64,000 bases of DNA, from NCBI RefSeq assembly GCF_009914755.1, contig NC_060929.1. One strand, written 5' to 3'. The position numbers and the translations under genes were made by a program. Positions 54,521 to 64,000 of this stretch are shown here, in pieces; within the stretch, counting starts at the first letter, position 1, and every line of letters starts with the position of its first letter. The stretch comes from the human T2T-CHM13v2.0 reference genome, Homo sapiens. The notes beneath the pieces are model-generated. The model saw only the letters and a program-made list of their open reading frames with translations, was not told the DNA's origin and did not search any database.

Positions 54521-57500
54521 TAATCCAGGTCACCCAGGGTAAAGTCCTTAGAAATCAAAGACAATGTCTTGATTCTGACATCTGGTAAACGGCTCTCTCA
54601 TAGCTTGAGATAAAAGCCAGACTTACTTGGGGAAACTTGGAAACCTTTTTTAAATAAAACAAAGGAAATTATTTTCTATGACATCACACCAACTCTGCCA
54701 ACTCCCAGTTTGCAAATGCTTGTCACAATGTTTACAATTAAAAATTCAAATACACAAAGTCCTTGGTTCCACTGCAGTTTAGGAAGGCTGCCAAGAATCT
54801 GGGATAATTCCTTCAAGGGAAAAGAAAAAAACCAAACAAACATCAAATTGATGACAAAGAATTACAGCTCAACCCATATAATAGACAATAGAGGGTTAAA
54901 GAAATTTCATTAAATGGGTCAGCCCAGGGCCTATCTGATATCAAGGAACTAATTGCCTTTTTTCTCATAATTGTAAAAGTTTATTGCCAAGTTTTGTTTT
55001 AGTTGACTTCCTTAGTGCCTACATTAACTTTTCAATCTTAAAATCAAAATACAGACTTAATACTACTTTCATCAAGGTTAAAAGCAATGCCCAACCAAGG
55101 ATGAGACATGGCCAAGAGAAAAACTACTTTTGATTATCTTCTGGTTAAATCTTATCTAAAAAAAATTTTTTTTAGGCAATGCTTGAGTAAAGTATCTCAT
55201 GAACAGAAAACTGAATTCTCTGTTCAATTTTTGCTAAAGAAGCAGGAGGTAGAAACTAGAAATCCTAAAATTGCCAAATTTAAAACAGTCTTACTGATTA
55301 AATTTCTTCTCAACTTAATATTAAGAACAATTTATTATTATGCCAACAGCAGCTAGCCCTGAAAATAAATATGTTTTCTTTAGGGAAGGCAGCTAAGGCA
55401 ACTAAAACAATATGCCAATTGTTTCAGGTTAGAAATATCATTGAAATATTATCTATTTCAACATAACAATCTTTTTTTAACCAGCATTATCTATGAAACA
55501 GCAACCCAATGTCAGGACTAATTATAGAGATGGATATTTTATTCTATAAATGGGTGTTGTTCCCTATATTGTGTTATATGCCCCGAACAGACAACCAGGC
55601 ACAAAAGCAAATAATTTTGAAAAATGAGCAAAGGAATAGGTTATATTGCAATGAAATTAACTATATGCTAAATGAATCTGACATTTAATGATGATCATTG
55701 TTGTGGTACATAGCAATTATACCTAATTGCCAATTTACATATTTGTTGTAACTAATATTTTAACAATTTTTTTTCCTCTTTACTTCTCGGCATCTACTGT
55801 CAATGCTGCTTGACAGTTTTCCTCACTCCATGATAAATTTTAATTCTTATTACTTTATTTCTCTCATACAAGTTAAAACAAGATTCTTTGCTGACACCTC
55901 AGAGTTAGGCCCAGGGCTCCTGTCTGTGCCCTGCCAGTGACTAACCCACCCTGGACCAAGACAGTAGTCCTTCAAGTGCCATTTTAACTGCTGTCCCTCC
56001 CTTCAGAACCATGGAAGTCCTGATGTCTGAGGCACCAAGAGAATGAAAATGTAGGTTATAGGTCTGCATAGGAGGAGCTGGGGATCTGACAAGTACATGC
56101 TGGAAGTAGAATACAGTGAAGTGCTGAGGGGAGCAGGTCAACCTAGGCTGGACAAAAAGGTGGAGAGATACGTCTGTGAGCTTGCACTCTGATACCTTCA
56201 GAGAAAACACAAAGCTGCTTGCTTTTGGCTTTTTCCTGTTTACTTTCTCCCTGACATTTAACCTTCATACTGCATGGATGACTTACAAAGGAGGGATAGT
56301 TCAGCTCCAAGTTATTCCATAGGCATCTTTCTTATCTTATGAATTGCTTCCCACTAGGACTTACACAATGCCTCATATACTGTGGGGACTCAATAAATAA
56401 TTACCAAATGTACTATTTTTAATCATTTTAAAATAAATGGCTCTGTATTAGATGTATCGTGCTCACTAGAACCAGGTTACTGACTGACTTCACTGATTGA
56501 AGGTTACTGAATTGTTGATCCATAAACCCTCCAGGCATCTAGGGCATTGCAGGAAGTGCTTCCGCTCAAGTTTCAGTTCCAGGTTGTTATCCAGCGTTCT
56601 AGGTCCAAAACAGGTAGAAATCTATTTTCTGCCACAAATCTACATTTTGTCTTAAATAACTGTGTGAATTTAATCCTAGCTGCTTGATCTGAGGGTAGAC
56701 AATTACACTACTTCAGTTGTCTCATCTTTAAGAAGAGGGGATTATTCACTTAACTAAATTTTATTAAATGGTTTCCTCCTGGAAAGAATGTAGTAGGCAC
56801 TTCTATGGAGGAGAAACATGGGAGTCTGGTGCCTGTTATTTTCCTTAGGGGCTGTGATCATCCAAAACAGGTAGTAATCTATCATAGTGTAGACATTTGC
56901 AAGGAAGGGTATTTAGAAACATCTCTTAATAAACAATGTTAACAGTCAAAGCAATTCTTCCCCTCCACTTTCTTTTCCTTAAATCTTTGCTGGGTCTTAA
57001 CAAGGACACTGATAAACCACCTTACATTCCCTAGAGTTAGAAAGCTTTTTTTTATTTCTGATCTAAATCCAGGCTGCTATTGCTTAAATCCATTTTCTCT
57101 TATTCTATTCTCTTGGAAGACAGAGAAAAATCATTCATCCTCCTCTATATTATAGTCCTTCATGTATTAAAGATTTCAGCCTTCATTTCTCCAGGTTACA
57201 TAATGCCAATTCCTTTCATTTTACTCATATATCTTATTTTCCAAGCTTTTAAATTAATTCCATTGCACTCCTCTTGGACTCTATGGATAATGAAATAGTT
57301 ATGCAGCTCCTTTCAGATACTAATTGGGTAATAAACCTTCAGGGAGGGAAGTATTTTTAAATCTTAAATCAGAATCTCACATGATCTGAGATTTAAAACA
57401 TTTCTGGAGAGCAGAAGGAGGTTGGAAAATGCACATAAAATTGGCACAGAAAGCATGGGAAGAAATGGGAAAGTACCATTTGGATATTATTGTTTTATAA

Positions 57501-57889
57501 AAAGGAAAGCTGAAGCATGTGTTACAGCAAATAAGTAAAAGATACATGATTAAAGTCACAATTAAAATAAGCAGCTGCAATTCCTGGTTCCCTACCAAAT
57601 TGCTGTCAAGTGATTGTGATATCTGATCATAACAATCTTGACTGAAGCTTAAAAAATAAATCACACTATCACAGTTTAATTGGGCAGTGGAAGTTCACCA
57701 TTCACTGTGTTAATATTATTTTGCTAGAAAATCTTCCAGTTCTCTTTTTTTCTGTTTCCAACTCAGCTTAATAGAACAGTCCTGCTCCACTGATGTGTTC
57801 TCCAGAGGGAATCAAACAAAACCTCTGAGACTGTTAATGTATTAGATCTCATGTGATATCTAAAATCAATTACTATGTATATAAAACAT

Positions 57890-58700
57890 TATTTTCATAA
57901 ATATCCATCAACCAACACATAGATATATCTATACAATGGAATATTATTTGGCCATGCAAACGAAGTACAGTCAACCCTCTGTATCCACAGGTTTCACATC
58001 CATAGATACGACCAACCACAGATCAAAAATATTTAGGGAAAAAATAAAAGAACAATAAAAATAATACACATTCTTAAAATACATTTTAACTACTATTTGC
58101 ATAGCATTTATATTGTATTAGCTATCATAAGTAATCTAGAGATGATTTAAAGTATACAGGAAGACATAAGTTATATGCAAATATTGTGCCATTGTATATA
58201 ATGGACTTGAGCACACGTGAATTTTGGTATGTGGGGGTGTGTCCTGTGACCAATCCCCCACAGATACCAAGTGATGACTGTATTAATATGCTACAGCATG
58301 GATAAACCTTGCAAACGTGATGCTAAATAAGCTAGATACAAAAAGCCAAATACTATATGATTCCATTTGTATGAAATGTCTGGAATGGGTAAATCCATAG
58401 AGACAGAAGCAGATTAGTGTTTGCCAAGGGATTGGAGGAAGAGGGACGAGGATCAACTGCTTAATAGGGACAGGATTTCTATTTGGGGTGATGATGAACT
58501 ACTGAAACTGCATAGTGGCAATCATTGTACAACAGTTGTGAATGTAATAAAAGCATGGGAATAAATGGGAAAGTACCATTTGGACATTATCGTTTTATAA
58601 AAAGGAAAGCGGAAGCATGTGTTACAGCAAATAAGTAAATAAGTAAAAACTGTTAAAACGATAAATTTTATGTCATTTGTATTTTATCACAATAAGGAAA
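57890..58700 (+). mobile_element. L1MB-type 3' end, interrupted by MER2 and by a copied 90-bp segment
   Basis: ATACAATGGAATATTATT, CATGGATAAACCTTG, ATGATTCCATTTGTATGAAATGTC, AAATCCATAGAGACAGAA, AAATTTTATG...TATTTTATCACAAT. Confidence 0.85.
57968..58280 (-). mobile_element. MER2 (TcMar-Tigger)
   Basis: CAGTC...GACTG termini, TA TSD on both sides, internal AAGTAATCTAGAGATGATTTAAAGTATAC. Confidence 0.88.
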
Positions 58701-59294
58701 ATATTACTTGTATTCTCTGGTACTGTATGTACTAATGCAAAATGAAGCCAAGATAAAATAAGACACCACAGTGGTTGACTCTCTTGCAAGTCGGTAATCA
58801 GTTGGTTGAGTATTCACTGACAGCCTACTCAAAGCAATGTACTGGGCTAGGTCCTGAGACACAGCAGCAGAGACAGATATGGCTTCTGCCTTGGAAGAGC
58901 AGGCAGTTTAACAGGGCATCCATTCTTCTACTTATTCTGTCCTACCAGTGCTATGTTTGCTCTTAGAGGAAAAATAAGAGGAATAAGTAATGCGTGAGCT
59001 TTATCAATCCATCATATATATATGTATATAATATACATGATTATATATCTGTAATGAAAATAACCAAAAACAAGTCAAATAGCTGCTTAAATACATAAGA
59101 ATTCATCTCAGGATTCTAAAATAAGGATTGGCAAATTTACACTTAAATTAACACTTAACCATAATATTATTAGATGCCTAAAAAAAGAGATCGTTTACCT
59201 GCACCTCAATTCACAGAAAGGGATCCTTTCGGTATTATACAGTGTTTAACATAAAGAACAAAACACACGAAATAGTTTGGATTATCCAGATTAC

Positions 59295-59708
59295 TGTTCA
59301 GTAAATACTTACTCCTCCTACCCTTCACCACCCCTCTGTGGGCATGGCGTATTTCCCTGTCCCATGGATTTGGGGTTCCGGCACATACTGACTTTAGCCA
59401 ATGGAACCTTAGAGGATGATAGGCATAGAGGCCTTAAACTTGTTTGCACAGTTAAGTTTGGCTCTTGTGTTCTCGCTCTTTACACAGGAACTGCTGAGTA
59501 GACGTACTGGTCCAAGAACAGTGAAAGACATGTAAAGCAGATGTAACCCCAAACAACAGCTGAAGAAGAGTTGCCCAACTCCGCCAGCCTAGATCAAACT
59601 GCAGTCAAATGTACACCCTTGAGCATGGGAATAAATTCATGTTTTTGTAAATCATGAAGTTTTGGAGGTTATAGAGCATTATTTTGGTAATAGCTTATTA
59701 TTAATACA
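59295..59708 (+). mobile_element. MLT1 (H/I/J-type) MaLR LTR
   Basis: GACTTTAGCCAATGGAA...GCCTTAAA...CCAGCCTAGATCA...AATAAATT...TAATACA. Confidence 0.65.
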
Positions 59709-61460
59709 GCCCATACACTGAAATAAACCCCAGAATTATTTCACAATGTATGATTTTTAAAACACACTTAGAAAGCTAACCATCAATAAATTAATTTTCC
59801 CAACTCAGTTATAGATTTAGTATTAAAAATGATTAACTATATAAAATAAAAATTTAAACTAAGTAGCCTAACTTGTATCTATTAGCAGTATAACTGGTAA
59901 AATCTGCAAGGATGTATTACTTGGAAGTTAAGAAATATAAAAACTATTTGCTGAATACATGCTAATATAATCAGGTTCCAATAAACATCTTGATGAAAGC
60001 AAATTAATCACTAATCTGACATTTTCTTTTGGCAAATTAGCAAGATTAGGTTTCACATTAAATGAAAATGTGTGTGTAAGGACTTAACAACTGAAAGAAT
60101 ATAATTCAATTAAATATCCTCCCAGTATTCTTCCATTTCAGACATTTCTATGCCTAATTTTCATGTTTTCAGATCTCAGGCAGGGCTTGTAAAGCAGTGT
60201 CATCTTTCTTGTGAGATTTTCTTTACAGAATAGCCAAGACGTTTGTAGGGAAAGCATTTGGCACATTCAGAAACCTTATGATGTTATTCTTTTAACCTGT
60301 GTCCCTCCATTGGTCTAGCTGGAAAATTAAAAACACTACACTTGGTTCTCACAGTGAATATTAAGAAGGTGTTTATTTTTTTTCAAGTGAGCCTCTTAAA
60401 GAAACATAACTCAGTTTTAATTTTTTATTGAGATCCAGGATCTTTTCCTAACAAAATGCTGGTTTATTAGATAAACAGTGTTTACAAACTATAACAGAGC
60501 TTCTAATGGAAGTAAATTTTACTCCCATTGGATGCTCTCTGCCACTAATAAAAAAAATATTTCAAAATAATACACAAAGAAGAAAATGAAACAATGTTCA
60601 TTAAGAAACACAGTCCACAAAAAGAAATTTAATCTTTATGAGAGTTAGGAGTAATGCTTGACAATAGATGAATAATACAGGTGACCAAATAGACATAGTA
60701 TTCTATTTTCTTGAGATGGCTGATAGTTAAAAATGACAGTGAAAAAACAAAATATATCCCTAAACAACAACAAAAGGAGATGTGGCAATCAAGAGAAACC
60801 CCAGAGGCAGGTCTCCAAAGTAAAGCCACTACATGTGTCTTTTGGCTAACTTAAGGTAGAGCTATGAAAACCATTTCTTGTGTGTTCATGCATTGTAAGG
60901 CAGTAGATCTTGTGATCAGGAAGAAAACTTAGAGAAAGCAAAGAAAGACAGTATTTGTGGAAGGCTATAAATTTTCCTGTCATAAAAATTGATAGATATA
61001 ATATGTTCCTATGTTAATTCAGAATTGCAGTGGAACTCCTAAATAAATCAAAAAACTAGAAAATTTTTAATCTCTAATAACCATAAGACCAAGTAAATTT
61101 CAAGTCTAAATTATTTTAAAGTTTAAATGACTCCCAAGACACCTTAAAAGTTTTCCATCTTTGTGGTAGGCAAAATTCTAAGACAGCCCCCCAAGATTTC
61201 TGGCATCTTGTATACATACATCTTCTCCCAGTTATTCAATCAAATACTAGTGCCTCTGTGAACGAATTTTGTACTTGTATCATAATTACAGACCCAAATC
61301 GGTTGACCTTAAGTTAGCACTCAACTATAAGTGAGCCAGGCTTAATAACATAAGCCCTTTAAAAGCAGAGAATTTTCTCCCTGTGGTTTCAGGAGAGGAA
61401 GTTAAGAGAGTTTCAAGGTGCAAGTGAGATTTAATGAGGGGAAAATTCCCCATTGCAGAC

Positions 61461-61906
61461 TATACATTTGCTATTGAACTGTAAGCAATTATGACAAATT
61501 TGGTGGTTTAAAACAATGTAAATGTATTCTGTCACAGATCTGGAGGTCAGAAATCCACAATTAGTCTTAAGGGGCTAAAATTCAGGTGTCAGCAGGGTTG
61601 GTTCCTTCTGGAAGCAGCAGGGGACAATCTGTTCCTTGATCTTCCAGCTCCAGAAGCTTCAGCACTCCATGGCTCTTAGCTGTATTGCAGCAATCTCTGC
61701 TTTCATTGTCGTATTGCCTTCTCCCATAAAAGGACCCTTGCGGCTACATCAGCCTCATCCAGATAATCCAGGATAATCTCCCATGTCAAAAATCTTAATT
61801 ATCACACCTGCAAAAATCCTCTTTGCCATATAAGTTATCACATTCAGAGGTTGCAGGGATTAGGACATGGAGATCTTTTGAGTGAGGCATTATTCAGCCT
61901 ACCACA
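61461..61906 (-). mobile_element. MLT1C/D-type LTR nested in MLT1E
   Basis: GTGGTTTAAAACAA...CTGGAGGTCAGAA...GTCAGCAGGGTTGGTTCCTTCTGGA...ATAATCCAGGATAATCTCCC...TTCAGCCTACCACA. Confidence 0.82.
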
Positions 61907-61936
61907 CTGGCTTTGAAGATGAAAGAAGTTACATGA

Positions 61937-62413
61937 CATGATGGTGAATTTATGTGTCAACTTGACTGGGCCACCAGGTGTCTAGGTATTTGGTTAAAAA
62001 TTACCCTGGGTGTGTCTGTAAGGATGTTTCTTGATGACTCCAAAGACACTTTAAAAGTTTGAATCCTTTAAATCAATAGACTGAGTAAAGCAGCCTACAG
62101 TCCTCAATGTGGGTGGGCCTGTTCCAATCCATTGGAGGTCTGAATTGAGCAGAAGGCAGAATAAAGTAGAATTCACTCTTTCTGCCTGTTTTCACTCTGG
62201 GCCATCAGTCTTCTGCACTCAGACTAGAACTTGTAACACCAGCTCTTGTGGGTATTCAGTCTCCAGCTTGCACACGGCAGATCATGGGCCTTCTCAGCCT
62301 CTATAATCACGTGAGCCAATTCCTTATAATAAATAAATATTAACAAATATTCAAGTAATATAAATATAAATATCTTATTGGTTCTGTTCCTCTGGAGAAC
62401 CCTGACTAACACA
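61937..62413 (+). mobile_element. MLT2B-type ERVL LTR nested in MLT1E
   Basis: TGATGGTGAATTTATGTGTCAACTTGACTGGGCCA...ATTGGTTCTGTTCCTCTGGAGAACCCTGACTAACACA. Confidence 0.85.
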
Positions 62414-62544
62414 TGTGGTAGAGAATGTGGGTGGCCTATAGGGGCTGAAAGCAGCATTCAACTAACAGCCAGCACAAAGCAGACAAACCTCAGCCCTACA
62501 ACTACAAAGAACTGAATTTTTCCAACAACAAAAAAATGAATTTA

Positions 62545-62836
62545 GGCCAGATGCAGTGGCTCATATCTGTTATCTTAGTACTTTGGGAAGCCAAGGAGGG
62601 AGGATCACTTGAGCCCAGGAGTTCGAGAAAAGCCTGGGCAACAGAGTGAGAGACCCATTTCTATAAAAAAAATATAAAACTTAGTTGTGTATAGTGGTGG
62701 CATTCACTATGGTCTCAGCTATGTGGAAGCTGAAGCAGGAGGACTGCTTGAACCCAGGAGGTTGAGGCTGCAGTGAGCAGATATTCTCACCACTACACTC
62801 CAACCTGGGCAACAGAGCAAGAACACGTCTCAGAAA
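62545..62836 (+). mobile_element. AluJ nested in MLT1E
   Basis: Diverged dimeric Alu (TTGAGCCCAGGAGTTCGAG). TSD AAAAATGAATTTA / AAAAATGAGTTTA. Confidence 0.9.
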
Positions 62837-63589
62837 AAAAAAATGAGTTTAGAAGCAAATTTTTCCAGAGTCTTCAGATGAGAATTCATCCAAATGAATA
62901 CCCTGATTTTAGCCCTGTGATAATCTAACGAAGAACTCTGTCATGCCATGCCAGACTTCTAACCTATGAAAGGGTAAGCAAAACAACATGAATATTGTTT
63001 TAAGCTACTAAATGTGTGATCATTTGTTACTCAGCAATAGAAAACTAATACAATCTCAAAATATTTTAACTTCAAGATATTTTGAACGTTTAAAAAATAT
63101 TTAATATTTGTGACTGTGTTCATGATACTATGTGCTTTGAATTCTCTCCTCAAGTCATGAAAAACTGTGAGTAGCATGGATATGTGCAGACATCAGTATC
63201 ACCTAGTGATCCATGTTCTTTGTTGACATCAGCAAAATTATTAATAATTTAGTCAACACATACTCTAGCAACATATAAATGAAAGCTTTTGAAAAGATAA
63301 TACTCGGTTACTTAGTAAGAAAACAAGAGACACAAGCAAAGACTTACAAGAAGATGGCACCATGAGAACATACCTGCATAACCATTCTTCTTGAGGTCTA
63401 TTAAAATAAATAACATAAACCTGATCTAAAGACAAACGTATCATCTTTAATAACACTAGGGAACTACCACAACATAAAGATTTCCAATAATATCTACTCT
63501 TCCATATATAATTTAAACCCAACCACAGGAGAATACTGAGAGAGAAAATCTATCTCCGTAATCTTGATCAGAGTGCAGATTTTTTAAAA

Positions 63590-64000
63590 ACAGAGCTCCT
63601 TTTTTTCCATTGGCTGAATCATATTCTAATGTATTATATATAGTATGTATATGTGTATATGTGCATTTGTGTGTATGTGTATGCCACATTTTCTTTATCC
63701 ATTTGTCCATCAAATTCTAAGATTGAATCCATACCTTGGTGAATAATGCTGCAATGAACATGGAATGTATATGTCAACGCAGATGAACCTGGAGGACATT
63801 ATGGTAAGTGAAATAAGCCCAACACAAAAAGACAAATACTGTAAGATCTCACATACATGTGAAATTTTGAAAAGTCAAACTCATAGAAACAGAGACTAAA
63901 ACACTGGTTACCAGGGACTAGGAGGTAGGAGAAATGGACAGATGTTCATCATAGGGTACAAACTTTCAGTTATAAAATAAACAAGTTCTGGGGATCTAAG
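63590..64000. mobile_element. L1MA-type 3' end with an inverted 5' segment; runs off the window
   Basis: About 63590-63775 is antisense L1 (CCACATTTTCTTTATCCATT, GTGAATAATGCTGCAATGAACATGG). About 63776-64000 is sense L1 (GATGAACCTGGAGGACATTATG...). Confidence 0.8.

Larger units (their letters stand above)
61162..63052 (+). mobile_element. MLT1E-type LTR hosting three nested insertions
   Basis: TGTGGTAGGCAAAATTCTAAGA start and GCAATAGAAAACTAATACA end. 5-bp TSD ATCTT/ATCTC. Confidence 0.8.

Noticed and set aside
59215-59230. Palindrome GAAAGG-GAT-CCTTTC near a minus-strand donor-like site
   Set aside because: Six-bp arms are not significant and I found no matching acceptor.
63265-63522. 85-aa minus-strand ORF
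   Set aside because: No ATG start and no recognisable homology; only the internal 24-nt exon-like unit is kept.

Overview
AT-rich, repeat-dense primate DNA. It is almost certainly human, because it carries an AluYb8 with the diagnostic 7-bp duplication. It reads as a large intron or intergenic segment. I see no intact host protein-coding gene, RNA gene, CRISPR array or prokaryote-type system, and I cannot name the locus. All long ORFs derive from LINE-1, Alu or LTR sequence. The main content is a full-length inactive L1PA3-like element (28.3-34.5 kb, minus strand) that retains the 129-bp ZNF93-bound 5'UTR segment. There are also truncated L1s, about eight Alu copies or fragments, a rare SVA2 insertion with a 20-bp target-site duplication (TSD), an ERV1 solo LTR, MaLR/ERVL LTRs including a nested cluster, MER DNA transposons, and many MIR/L2/L3 relics. 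The most interesting unexplained signals are two short segments copied about 1 kb downstream into old repeats (probable templated repair scars). Also notable are several minus-strand exon-like units (33-nt and 24-nt microexon candidates, and a possible CRE-driven first exon near 39.7 kb) and a motif-dense palindromic enhancer-like patch near 40.3 kb. Repeat subfamily names come from my recall of consensus sequences and need RepeatMasker/Dfam confirmation. Boundaries of old repeats are approximate. I found no convincing evidence of a previously undescribed biological system.
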